Source: Acidimicrobiales bacterium (lineage in GTDB: Bacteria; Actinomycetota; Acidimicrobiia; Acidimicrobiales; JABEUL01). From it: a stretch of DNA of 43,972 bases. The notes below the pieces were generated by a model. The model had not been told where the DNA came from. It ran no database searches and saw only the letters and a list, made by a program, of their open reading frames with translations. Positions 7,847 through 17,203 of the stretch are shown piece by piece; within the stretch, counting starts at the first letter, position 1; each line of letters opens with the position of its first letter. The position numbers and the translations under genes are program-made. The DNA lies in assembly GCA_013044465.1 (NCBI GenBank), contig JABEUL010000223.1, positions 1 through 43,972 of the forward strand. Direction: 5' to 3'.

Positions 7847-9217
7847 ATGTCACGCAGGGGAATTAGGCCAGCACTTTGCGTCAAAAAGAGTAATTTGATT
7901 CTAAAAGGTAACCGTGTAAAAAAATGCTTTTCAATTTGCCTCTGCCTAACAGTTTTAGCTGTTGGGCTATTTTCGCATCGGTCCTACGCCTCGACTCCGA
8001 CCACTCAAGGCGAAACTAGCACTACTGGAACTGGTGAAACTGGGACAACCAATGTCGGATCTTCCACAACCACGACAACTTCTCCAACCAGCACTACCAC
8101 CACGACTACCACTCCTCAAAGTGTTGCTGATCTAATAGCTCTCCAGCTTTTGCTTGATGATGAGAAATTGACTGCTCTTAGCGAACAGTACGATCAAGCT
8201 CAGATCTCGATTGCTGCCTCTAACGAGAGATACCAAGTATCCCTTGTTGCCTATCGAGCTGTCACGAATAAATTAAATGCGATTAAGAATAAAGTTCGTC
8301 AACTGGCAATAGATACAGAAGTTGCATCTATATCTGGAAACGGCGTAAATGACGATGAACTCTCACTAATCAATTCAGGGGGATCCGATGTAACGGCATC
8401 GCTGAAATTGGAGTATGGGCTTTCTTTGAGCGATTTTTTGGCTAAATCTCTAGCTAGTTTAAAAGCCGAGCAAAAAATTGCTTACAGCGATTTAAGTGCA
8501 ATGAACTTAGCCAGTAAACAAGCTTCCGAAGGCATGGCTCTGATATCGTTAGCCAAGAAAGAAGCTGCTACTCAGGTCAGTTCCGATGAGAAGCTTTTAA
8601 CTAGTGCAGGAGGCAATCTCGCCCAAGTCGTTGCCCAGATGCGCTTCTTGCAATTCGGAGGAGTGGCCACGCCTTCACAGGAAGCAATGATCTCCCAAAT
8701 TAACTCAGAAGTAGGCACCCTCTCGCCGCCGCCACCAGGCGCAACTCCTGGTGAAATTGCCCTTTACAGTGCCGAAAAACAGTTGGGATTGCCTTATGTT
8801 TGGGGAGGTAGTGGTCCCCTTGGTTTTGACTGCTCTGGTCTGACCATGACTTCCTGGAAGGTAGCGAATGTTGCTTTGGAGCACAGTGCAGCTGCCCAGT
8901 TTAATGAGACCACGCCAATTGCACTTTGGGATTTACAACCAGGGGATTTACTCTTCTATGATTTCTCTGGTTCGAATACTCCGGCAAATATTGACCATGT
9001 GGTGATGTATGCCGGAAACGGCCTCGTGATACAGGCTGCGTACACTGGAACTGATGTGATGCTCACTCCACTTTGGACAAATGACCTAGTGGGTGCGGGT
9101 CGGCCAAATGTTGCAGGAGAACCCCCGATAGAGCCTCCCGGAACGCCGCCGCCGCCCAATGCGAACTTGCCCACAGGAGTAGGTGGACCACCCGCCCAAA
9201 ATAGTGTATCTTCATAG
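7847..9217 (+). CDS. secreted NlpC/P60 peptidoglycan endopeptidase with N-terminal coiled-coil region (RipA-like)
   Basis: Signal/anchor segment (CLCLTVLAVGLFSHRSYAS), a Thr-rich linker and a long helical region. The C-terminal NlpC/P60 domain has the catalytic Cys (YVWGGSGPLGFDCSGL) and His (IDHVVMYAG). The tail is Pro-rich. Confidence 0.85.
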   Translation: MSRRGIRPALCVKKSNLILKGNRVKKCFSICLCLTVLAVGLFSHRSYASTPTTQGETSTTGTGETGTTNVGSSTTTTTSPTSTTTTTTTPQSVADLIALQLLLDDEKLTALSEQYDQAQISIAASNERYQVSLVAYRAVTNKLNAIKNKVRQLAIDTEVASISGNGVNDDELSLINSGGSDVTASLKLEYGLSLSDFLAKSLASLKAEQKIAYSDLSAMNLASKQASEGMALISLAKKEAATQVSSDEKLLTSAGGNLAQVVAQMRFLQFGGVATPSQEAMISQINSEVGTLSPPPPGATPGEIALYSAEKQLGLPYVWGGSGPLGFDCSGLTMTSWKVANVALEHSAAAQFNETTPIALWDLQPGDLLFYDFSGSNTPANIDHVVMYAGNGLVIQAAYTGTDVMLTPLWTNDLVGAGRPNVAGEPPIEPPGTPPPPNANLPTGVGGPPAQNSVSS

Positions 9218-9262
9218 GTAGTGCAATTTGTTTGCACCATAGTCAATTGTTAGGAGTCCAAA

Positions 9263-10648
9263 TTGGCCGGATACCCGATTCTAGAAATAGCAGATAAATT
9301 ATGGACCGGTGAGGTAGATCCCCACGACGCACATCCATGGTTTCCCGAGAGTCAACTGGTTGAGATTACAGATGATGTGGCATTCATCCCATCTTTTGCT
9401 AACGTGAGCGCTGTTTCAACCGAGGACGGACTGGTGTTAGTCGACACAGGAAGTGCAATGCTCGCCAGACAAGTGCACGGATTTTTGCGAAGCTGGACTA
9501 AAGATCGTTTGAACTCTGCTGTTTACTCCCATGGCCACATAGACCATGTATTTGGTGTTCCGGTTTGGGAGCAAGAAGCCAAGGAGCAGGGTTGGCCAGA
9601 ACCTGTTGTTTATGCACACGAGGCTATGCCAGCAAGGTTTGATAGGTACATTAAAACTGCCGGTTACAACGGAATAATTAATCAACGCCAGTTTCAAGTA
9701 CCTGGGTTTCAGTGGCCGACTGAGTATCGCTATCCCGATGAGACTTACACTTCACACCTGGAATTAGAAATTGGTGGCGTAAAAGTCGTTCTCAACCATG
9801 CAAAAGGAGAGACAGACGACCACACCTACACATGGTTCCCCAAGCAGAAGTTACTCTGCTGTGGAGATCTATTTATATGGGCATCTCCCAACGCTGGAAA
9901 CCCTCAAAAGGTGCAGAGATTTCCCCTTGAATGGGCACAAGCATTGCGCGCGATGTTGGAGTTGGGCCCAGAGCCTCCTGAGGTTTTGCTTTCAGGACAC
10001 GGAGTTCCTATATTGGGTGCAGATCGAATCAGAGAAGCTCTCACCAACACGGCACTTTATCTGGAATCCCTCGTTAATCAGACTCTGGCTTTGATGAATG
10101 AAGGAGCAAGGCTCAGCGACATTCTCCACTCTGTTCTACCTCCAAGTGATCTGACAGGTCTGCCATACCTCCAGCCCGTTTATGATGAGCCCGAGTTTAT
10201 TGTAAGGAATATCTGGCGCCTCTACGGAGGATGGTGGGACGGAAATCCGTCAAATCTGAAACCCGCTCATGAAGTTGCACTTGCAAAAGAGATGTCTCTT
10301 TTGGCAGGTGGAGCACGCAAATTAGCCGATAGGGCAGTGGAGTTGGTAAATGAAGCTACCAAATCGGCAGGTGTTGATCTATTGAGCCTCGGAACTACTC
10401 CAATGGCTGCCAACAAAGAAGTTCCAGCAAAAGCACAACAGTGTCTGCGATTGGCCGGACACTTAGTGGAGAGTGCATCTTTGGCTGCCCCAGAAGATTT
10501 AGAGATTCATGAAGTTAGAAAAGCAGTCTTTGGCGCAATGGCTGGAGCTGCCACATCTACTATGTCAAAAGGTGTGTTCATGTGGAGTGCAAATCAGTCT
10601 GGCAAATTACTTGGAGACCACACTACCCAAGAAGGGCACCATCACTAA
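9263..10648 (+). CDS. MBL-fold hydrolase with alkyl-sulfatase dimerisation domain (SdsA1/YjcS-like, lacking the SCP2 C-terminal domain)
   Basis: The TTG start is preceded by AGGAG. The metal motif is YSHGHIDHVFG. The segment PEFIVRNIWRLYGGWWDGNPSNLKP is characteristic of alkyl-sulfatase dimerisation domains. At 461 aa it ends before where an SCP2-like domain would sit. Confidence 0.7.
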   Translation: MAGYPILEIADKLWTGEVDPHDAHPWFPESQLVEITDDVAFIPSFANVSAVSTEDGLVLVDTGSAMLARQVHGFLRSWTKDRLNSAVYSHGHIDHVFGVPVWEQEAKEQGWPEPVVYAHEAMPARFDRYIKTAGYNGIINQRQFQVPGFQWPTEYRYPDETYTSHLELEIGGVKVVLNHAKGETDDHTYTWFPKQKLLCCGDLFIWASPNAGNPQKVQRFPLEWAQALRAMLELGPEPPEVLLSGHGVPILGADRIREALTNTALYLESLVNQTLALMNEGARLSDILHSVLPPSDLTGLPYLQPVYDEPEFIVRNIWRLYGGWWDGNPSNLKPAHEVALAKEMSLLAGGARKLADRAVELVNEATKSAGVDLLSLGTTPMAANKEVPAKAQQCLRLAGHLVESASLAAPEDLEIHEVRKAVFGAMAGAATSTMSKGVFMWSANQSGKLLGDHTTQEGHHH

Positions 10649-10661
10649 TTCTGTCCCTAAG

Positions 10662-11375
10662 TTATCCAAAGAGCCGTAACCACTCTGAGGATTCTCGGGG
10701 TGCGAGAATTGGATTGTACTTTCTGGTCTCGCCCATCGGAGCAAAAGGATCGGCACTGTATAGATGGCCCGGGTATAAAATAGTGCCGTCGTCGATTTTT
10801 GAAAGTCGTGTAAATAGCGTCTCATACATTTGAGCTGGATCGCTTCCGGGTAAATCAGTTCGGCCGCAACCCTCTAAAAAAAGAGTATCCCCGGCAATTA
10901 ATTTCTCTGACACTAAGAAGCATTGCGAACCCGGAGTGTGACCAGGAGTATGGATAAGTGTTATTTCTATATCTCCGACTTTAAGTTTTTCTCCAGATTC
11001 ATGAGTAACCAAACTGTCTTTTTGCACTCCGGTGCCTCTCTCGACCCAGTTGAGCTCATCTGCCTGGATATGGATAGGAACGTTTATTTTTTCCAATAAA
11101 GTAGCAATGCCTTCAATGGGGTAATTGCCAAGTGAACCACCTACGTGGTCCGCATGGTAGTGAGTGGCAAGTACTCCGGTGAGTTTCATATCGTCTTTTT
11201 GCAGTAAGTCCAGCAAGTCATCGATTCCATAGGTGGGATCCACCAAGATGACTTCTCTTGTATCGGAATCACCAATTGCATAGACCAAGTTCCTCATCCC
11301 TTTAGCCATTTGGTCATTTTTGGCATAATCGTGTCCCGATAGCCACTGTCGAAAATAAAGATTATTCATACTCAC
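10662..11375 (-). CDS. MBL-fold metallo-hydrolase (glyoxalase II / persulfide dioxygenase-like)
   Basis: Motifs ATHYHADHVGG, TPGHTPGS and GDTLFLEGCGRTDLPGSD. Confidence 0.8.
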   Translation of the reverse strand: MSMNNLYFRQWLSGHDYAKNDQMAKGMRNLVYAIGDSDTREVILVDPTYGIDDLLDLLQKDDMKLTGVLATHYHADHVGGSLGNYPIEGIATLLEKINVPIHIQADELNWVERGTGVQKDSLVTHESGEKLKVGDIEITLIHTPGHTPGSQCFLVSEKLIAGDTLFLEGCGRTDLPGSDPAQMYETLFTRLSKIDDGTILYPGHLYSADPFAPMGETRKYNPILAPRESSEWLRLFG

Positions 11376-11502
11376 TTAGGAATAGTAGCGAAAGTGGCAG
11401 AGGCTTGGCTACTCTCCCATAATTTGGTCCCAGTCGAACTTGTTAACTTGGCCAGGTTTAACTAGTTTTAAGGTTGAACAATCTGTTTGATAAGACGAGG
11501 TA

Positions 11503-12345
11503 GTGCCAGTGGCTGATTTCAATTCCATTTCATATAAGACCGAGAGAAGAAGGGCATACATAGTTCTAAACCGCCCTGAGCGATTAAATGCTATTGACAT
11601 TCATATGCCAAGTGAGATTAGGAGAGCAGTAGAGATGGCCAACGGGGATCCCGAGGTGCATGCAATTGTCGTGAAAGGTGCTGGCCGAAGTTTCTGTTCA
11701 GGGTATGACTTAAAGGCATTTGCCGAGCTTGGGATAGGCACACAGGGCAAAAATGACGGAGTATGGGACCCAATACTTGACTACCAGTTCATGAAGCGAA
11801 ACACTGACGATTTTATGTCTCTATTTAGATCGCTAAAACCGACAATTTGCCAGATCCAAGGTCATGCAGTTGCAGGTGGCAGCGACATCGCACTTTGCTG
11901 TGACTTAATTTTAATGGCAGATGACGCCAAGATCGGCTATATGCCAGCAAGGGTCTGGGGCTGTCCGACTACTGCAATGTGGGTATATCATCTAGGTGCG
12001 CAAAAGGCGAAACGAATGCTCTTGACAGGGGACACAATTGATGGCAAGACTGCAGCTGAGTGGGGACTAGTTCTAGAAAGTGTCCCGGAAGAAAGTCTTG
12101 AACAGAGAGTTGAAGAACTAACCGAGAGAATAGTTGGGGTCCCTAAGAATCAGTTGACCATGACTAAGCTCATGATTAATCAGGCCTACGACAACATGGG
12201 CTTAGAGGGCACTCAAATCTTATCTACTCTTTTTGACGGGATTGCAAGGCATTCAAAAGAGGGGAGATGGTTCCAAAATCTTGCATCAACCGAGGGATTT
12301 CACGCAGCGGTTGAATGGAGGGACTCTGGAAAATGGATTCCTTAG
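11503..12345 (+). CDS. enoyl-CoA hydratase/isomerase (crotonase) family protein
   Basis: 280 aa with a GTG start. Shows the crotonase fold pattern (VLNRPERLNAI, VVKGAGRSFCSGYDL, GHAVAGGSDIAL). Confidence 0.8.
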   Translation: MPVADFNSISYKTERRRAYIVLNRPERLNAIDIHMPSEIRRAVEMANGDPEVHAIVVKGAGRSFCSGYDLKAFAELGIGTQGKNDGVWDPILDYQFMKRNTDDFMSLFRSLKPTICQIQGHAVAGGSDIALCCDLILMADDAKIGYMPARVWGCPTTAMWVYHLGAQKAKRMLLTGDTIDGKTAAEWGLVLESVPEESLEQRVEELTERIVGVPKNQLTMTKLMINQAYDNMGLEGTQILSTLFDGIARHSKEGRWFQNLASTEGFHAAVEWRDSGKWIP

Positions 12346-12347
12346 AA

Positions 12348-14333
12348 CTACTTAGATCGATCGATTGGAAGTACCTGTCGGTAAAAAGAGAGTTCCGCAT
12401 CGAGTGCTGCCTTTATATTTGAAGCTTGCCTAAATCCGTGCCCTTCGCCTTCAAATCCTAAGTAATCAACTCTTATGCCATTGGCTTTTATGGCAGCGAC
12501 TATTGCCTCAGCCTGATTGGGAGGAACTACCGGATCATCTAATCCCTGGAGTATTAAAAGAGGTGATTTAATCTTTCCCGCATGATTAATTGGGGATCTT
12601 TCCTCGTAGAGCACTTTGCACTCTGGCAGTGGACCAATTAGGCCATCTAGGTAACCTGATTCGAATTTGTGGGTGTCTTTTGCCAACAGTTCTAGATCAC
12701 ACACTCCGTAGTAACTAACACCTGCCCCAAAAATGTCGCTCATTGCAAGTGCTTCCAATACGGTATATCCACCTGCAGAACCACCCCTTATGGCAATGGC
12801 TTCACTATTGATTAATTCTTGCTCAACTAGCCAGTTTGCAACTTCTATAACATCTTCAACATCAACTATCCCCCAGTTTCCATTTAGGGCGTCTCGATAC
12901 TTCCTTCCATAGCCGCTTGAGCCCCGGTAATCTACATCAACAACTGCAAAGCCACGTGAAGTAAAAAACGCAAAGGTCGGAGAGAAGCCGGGATCAGCAC
13001 TACTAGTTGGCCCGCCGTGACAGTTAATAATTAGTGGAGGCAAAACTCCATGACTCAACTCACTACCTTTTAAAAATGGCTCATGAAAAGTTGCATATAT
13101 TGGCAGTTCGCCTTTCGAGTCAATCTTGATACTCCTGCTGGGCCCCCGAAGTACACTTACTTCTTCGATTCTGGAATTGGCTAATAAATTAAAGGAACCA
13201 CCATGGGAGCTTGAATCAAATGTGCCAACTAAACCAAGATCAATTCCACTGTTTCCCAATACTGCGATCAAACTTGTTCCTGGAATGGATTTTGTGGCAC
13301 TTATGCTGGCAAAGGGAGATAAAACTTCTTCGGGTTGCGCATTTTCTAAGTAGCCAGCCTTGAAGTTAACAGAAGATGGATCATGCCAAGTAACAAATAA
13401 TTTGGTTTCACTAATAGGGGCAAAAGTTGGACGGTTAAAAACCCATTGCGGCCATGCCATTTCGACTTCCATCTCAACAATTGGTTCAATCTGCATAGTC
13501 TGGCTTTCATTTTGTGATCCAGTTGGCAACTCTTGGTTCACCGAGTAATTACTTTTAGCAATGTTCCACCAACCATTAAATGCATCAGTTGCCACCAGTA
13601 ATTTTCCATCAACTGAAAAAGCTGGATTCACATAGGAGACTAATTCACTGTGAATGCTCGGCTGAATCTGGATTTTATCTGCTAGCTCTGGGCCTTTTTC
13701 TCCCCAACTGAGCCTTGCTACCCAACACTTAGAAGAGTCCCACGGCATATAAGGCAACTCCCACGAAATGTAGGTAATCCATTTTCCATCTGGGGAAATT
13801 CTGGGTGATGCAACGAAATCATATTGATCTTCGAGAATATACTCAGTGGAATCAAAAATAGCCACGATCTCGTTGTGAAAACCATTTACATCTCTTTTCT
13901 CTCGAATAGCAACCATCCACTTCCCATCCGCTGAGATTTCTCCATCGCAGTAGCGGTGACCAGAAGTTATGATTGGCTCTGGTTCACTTGGCAAAAAAGT
14001 GGTCAAATCGACGGATTGTTTGTAAATGTAGTTATCGGATTGGTTCGAGAAGTAAACATGATTTTCAAAAACCCAAAAAGCTCCGCCACCGTATTCATGG
14101 ACTCTTGTTCTGGCTGAGTAGCCCTCAGGAGTAATATCTATCACTTTAAAAGGAAACTTAAACTTCTCAAGAGGTGCCAAACAGATTACACATCTCCCGT
14201 TTTCATGTGGTCTTGACTCTATCCACCAAGTGCCTAAAGTGCTTGTAGAAAGGTCACTATACCGGAGAGCACCCCTTGAAACTAAGTCGCTCGTTAGGGG
14301 AGATGGCCATAAACCCGGATTGATGTGTTGCAC
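12348..14333 (-). CDS. S9 family serine peptidase (prolyl oligopeptidase / dipeptidyl-aminopeptidase-like)
   Basis: 661 aa. The C-terminal alpha/beta-hydrolase domain has the nucleophile elbow IRGGSAGGY, Asp in LQGLDDPVVP and His in GEGHGF. The N-terminal region looks like a propeller. The start is a GTG. Confidence 0.8.
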   Translation of the reverse strand: MQHINPGLWPSPLTSDLVSRGALRYSDLSTSTLGTWWIESRPHENGRCVICLAPLEKFKFPFKVIDITPEGYSARTRVHEYGGGAFWVFENHVYFSNQSDNYIYKQSVDLTTFLPSEPEPIITSGHRYCDGEISADGKWMVAIREKRDVNGFHNEIVAIFDSTEYILEDQYDFVASPRISPDGKWITYISWELPYMPWDSSKCWVARLSWGEKGPELADKIQIQPSIHSELVSYVNPAFSVDGKLLVATDAFNGWWNIAKSNYSVNQELPTGSQNESQTMQIEPIVEMEVEMAWPQWVFNRPTFAPISETKLFVTWHDPSSVNFKAGYLENAQPEEVLSPFASISATKSIPGTSLIAVLGNSGIDLGLVGTFDSSSHGGSFNLLANSRIEEVSVLRGPSRSIKIDSKGELPIYATFHEPFLKGSELSHGVLPPLIINCHGGPTSSADPGFSPTFAFFTSRGFAVVDVDYRGSSGYGRKYRDALNGNWGIVDVEDVIEVANWLVEQELINSEAIAIRGGSAGGYTVLEALAMSDIFGAGVSYYGVCDLELLAKDTHKFESGYLDGLIGPLPECKVLYEERSPINHAGKIKSPLLILQGLDDPVVPPNQAEAIVAAIKANGIRVDYLGFEGEGHGFRQASNIKAALDAELSFYRQVLPIDRSK

Positions 14334-14354
14334 AGTAAATTATGCTAGACCACT

Positions 14355-15044
14355 ATGGAAGCCCTTGTATTCGATTTTGATGGAGTAGTCCTAGATACTG
14401 AAACCCCACTCTATGAAGCGTGGTCATCGATTTATCAAGATCACGGCGTAACCTTGACGCACGAGGAGTGGCAAATATGCATCGGAACCAAAGGAGTGTT
14501 TGACCCGATCGAGGACCTCTTGATAAAAGTTGAAAGATCATCTTCAATTGGCCAAGCGATCATAAACACCCAAAATCAAATTAGGGATGAAGCACACCGA
14601 AGACATGTTGATCAAATTGAAGAATCCCTCTACCATCCAAGTCCAGGTGTGAAGAAGTGGTTAGACGATGCAATCGACTCCAAATTGAAAATTGGTATGG
14701 CATCGTCATCTTCGATTGGATGGCTCGAGAAGAACTTGGAGATGATGGGACTTAGATCCTATTTTCTTTCCGTTGTAGGATTGGGCACAGGACTTAGGCC
14801 AAAGCCATTTCCCGATGTGTATGCCAAGGCATGCATGGATCTTGGTGTGGAACCAAGTCATGCATTAGCAATTGAAGATTCTCTCCATGGACTCAATTCC
14901 GCAAAGGAAGCCGGCCTGAAATGTTTGGCGGTTCCACGTGGGATGACAAGAAATATGGATCTCTCTGGCGCCGACCTAGTAATTGAATCTCTGGAAGACA
15001 TTTCGCTAAAAGCTGTTAGGGAACTAATATTTGCACCTAGTTAA
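14355..15044 (+). CDS. HAD-IA family hydrolase (phosphatase / beta-phosphoglucomutase-like)
   Basis: Motif I is FDFDGVVLDTE. Later HAD motifs are present (MASSSS, EDSLHGLNSAKEAG). Confidence 0.8.
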   Translation: MEALVFDFDGVVLDTETPLYEAWSSIYQDHGVTLTHEEWQICIGTKGVFDPIEDLLIKVERSSSIGQAIINTQNQIRDEAHRRHVDQIEESLYHPSPGVKKWLDDAIDSKLKIGMASSSSIGWLEKNLEMMGLRSYFLSVVGLGTGLRPKPFPDVYAKACMDLGVEPSHALAIEDSLHGLNSAKEAGLKCLAVPRGMTRNMDLSGADLVIESLEDISLKAVRELIFAPS

Positions 15045-15336
15045 AGTGGATAACAATTCAAATATTCACTAGGCGAAATGGCAAGATTGCCCATTTCCTA
15101 ATCGGAATCTTGAAACTTCTGGAATTCCCGATTCCAATTGATATCAAAAATGTACTCTTTCTCATTGCCTCCAAGGAATTGTTCAAGACAACAAGCCCTT
15201 GAATCCAGTGGCAGCGTGGGATGAAAGGTTTTTAGGCTTGAGGCTTGTCTCCACGCCAGAAGAATAAAATTTGAGGAAAGCCCAGTTTAGGTATAAAGTT
15301 CAATCTGAGTATTCTCTTCGAGAAGGAGGCAACTAA

Positions 15337-16599
15337 GTGTCTAAATTGCAGAAGGTTCTGATTTATTTCACTTTGCTTATAAGTGTCGCAGCTATTTCGA
15401 TCAGCGGGATTCAACTGATGAGATCGCCAAATCAAATCAGTAAAATTGGTTCTGGTGGGTTCGATCATAAAACAAGCGCAATTATGCTCTCTACACTCTC
15501 GCCATTTGGAGGAAGTTCTCCGATTCTCAATGCCAATGGGCAGATTACTGCATGTGTGGGAACGGGATTCAAAGAGGTGGATCTGCCAACTCCGGTTAGA
15601 GTTCTCGACACCAGAGTTCCAATAGGCGTGCCTACAGCTCAACCTTTGGCGGCTGGGTCAACTACTGTAATTTCTGTTGCATCTGTAGTTCCTGGTGCTT
15701 CGGCGGTGATTGGAACCATTACATTTACTAACGCTCAAATAGGATACGGAACTCTTTGGGCAGGTGGAACGAGACCTGTAGTATCTAATATTAATGTGGC
15801 TGCAACAGGCGCGACTGTAGCTGACTTGGCTTTGGTTCCACTATCACCAAGTGGCACATTTAGTCTCTTTAACCAAAACACAACTGATGCGGTATTTGAT
15901 GTTTCCGGTGGGCTCTATCCAGTTCAAGGCGCAATAAATCTGATTGACCCTACAAGCCAAAGTTGTCCAACTGGGTATCAGCAGGTTTCTTGGCCAGCAA
16001 ATAATGGAATAACTGTTTTCTCGAGTCCAACTACGACTACTTATTCGATTCCATCTGGCACAAATTGGGTTCAAGTCAAACTATGGGGAGCAGGAGGCGG
16101 TGCTGGAGGGTACAACGCGACTAACGGTTCAAGTGGCGGAGGTGGAGGTGGAGCAGTTGTGACTGCCATTATCCCAACCGCAGGTTGTACAAGCTTGAGC
16201 GTGGTCATAGGTTCTGGAGGCACAGCGGGAACGGCCTCTGTCGGAGGTGGAAATGGTGGGAGCACAAGCGTTAGTTGTTCAGCCGCATCAGTTTCCGCTC
16301 AAGGTGGAGTGGGATCTGCAGTTGGCGGTGTGGGCGGCGGTGGAGGCTCTTTCAACTTTACGGGATCTGCAATTGGTGTCTCTAGTGTGGGAGGGCATTC
16401 TGGTTCCAATGCAGCAGGCGCAACGGCCGGTGGAAGTGGTGGCAATAACGGTGGTGGATCTGGAAGCGGAAGCGGATCTAACTTATTTACCGGTCCAAGG
16501 ACAGGCGGTGTCGGAGGCGGAGGTGGTGGAGGTTCATTCACTTCAGCAAACGGTGCTGCTGGCGGCAATGGACTAGTGATAATCCAAAAGATTGGCTAG
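15337..16599 (+). CDS. membrane-anchored extracytoplasmic glycine-rich protein (RVLDTR beta-domain plus Gly-rich domain resembling Pfam Gly_rich/PF12810)
   Basis: The GTG start is preceded by GAAGGAGG. An N-terminal TM helix (VLIYFTLLISVAAISISGI) is followed by a segment PVRVLDTRVPIGV...TITFTN...SNINV...FDVSGG, typical of an actinobacterial extracellular beta-domain. The C-terminal half has VKLWGAGGGAGGY followed by GGxGG repeats. Confidence 0.7.
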   Translation: MSKLQKVLIYFTLLISVAAISISGIQLMRSPNQISKIGSGGFDHKTSAIMLSTLSPFGGSSPILNANGQITACVGTGFKEVDLPTPVRVLDTRVPIGVPTAQPLAAGSTTVISVASVVPGASAVIGTITFTNAQIGYGTLWAGGTRPVVSNINVAATGATVADLALVPLSPSGTFSLFNQNTTDAVFDVSGGLYPVQGAINLIDPTSQSCPTGYQQVSWPANNGITVFSSPTTTTYSIPSGTNWVQVKLWGAGGGAGGYNATNGSSGGGGGGAVVTAIIPTAGCTSLSVVIGSGGTAGTASVGGGNGGSTSVSCSAASVSAQGGVGSAVGGVGGGGGSFNFTGSAIGVSSVGGHSGSNAAGATAGGSGGNNGGGSGSGSGSNLFTGPRTGGVGGGGGGGSFTSANGAAGGNGLVIIQKIG

Positions 16600-16632
16600 A
16601 GAAGTAATCGTTAGGCTTTTAAAAACTATTTA

Positions 16633-16660
16633 GGCAGGCTTTATACTTGCCCCATTTTTT
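16633..16660 (+). terminator. putative rho-independent terminator of the glycine-rich gene
   Basis: GGCAGG-ctttata-CTTGCC stem (6 bp including one G-U pair) followed by CCATTTTTT, about 35 nt after the stop codon. Confidence 0.45.
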
Positions 16661-16869
16661 GTGCGTTTCTTTAAAAAGAGTATTTCAAACTAGTTTTTCT
16701 TTATAATTAAGCGCTTTCTTGGAGTGTTCTTGGCTTAAAAAAAGGTGCAATCTTGAATTGTTAGTAGTTGGAATAAGGGCCAATGAAGATAACTCGATCT
16801 TAAAAATATCTAGTAGATGCCACTACTATTGAGAATCTCTTGAAAAGAAGCAATTCTGCGAGCGAACAT

Positions 16870-17061
16870 CTAAAATCCGACTAAATTAGTCAACAATGCA
16901 TCACGTAGCCCTAACCTCTGCCAAATAGGCGGCCAATCGCTATTAGGCGTTGTTTGGCCTTTTGTCGGAGTTGTATAGCTGGAAAAGTACTCGATCACAT
17001 AGGCCACAGCGCGCATTGCAGCAAATGCACGAGGGCAATTACAAACAACCTTGGAATTCAT
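16870..17061 (-). CDS. hypothetical small protein (63 aa)
   Basis: The ATG is preceded by AAGGTG at about 6 nt. It contains CNCP and Trp/Pro-rich segments and matches no family I recognise. It sits in an otherwise non-coding 600-bp spacer. Confidence 0.3.
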   Translation of the reverse strand: MNSKVVCNCPRAFAAMRAVAYVIEYFSSYTTPTKGQTTPNSDWPPIWQRLGLRDALLTNLVGF

Positions 17062-17203
17062 GTCAACACCTTGAACCGCGCATTAACGCTTCCTTACAGC
17101 CAGCGCAATCCTTCCACTAAGCAATTCCTTTAAAGATCTGGTTTGCTAGTGCCCTCAGGCATAATTCTCAAAGAATAGCTTTTGGTTTTAGAAAACACTC
17201 CAC

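Noticed and set aside
15232-15642. A 136-aa minus-strand ORF overlapping the start of the glycine-rich gene
   Set aside because: It has no SD and no recognisable motifs, it overlaps a better-supported plus-strand gene that has a strong SD, and its composition looks like antisense translation.
16071-16576. Three long ORFs (64, 109 and 89 aa) in alternative frames or antisense to the glycine-rich gene, two of them poly-Pro rich
   Set aside because: GGN-repeat DNA is stop-free in several frames, and CCN on the antisense strand gives Pro runs. These are by-products of the Gly-rich coding repeat, not genes.
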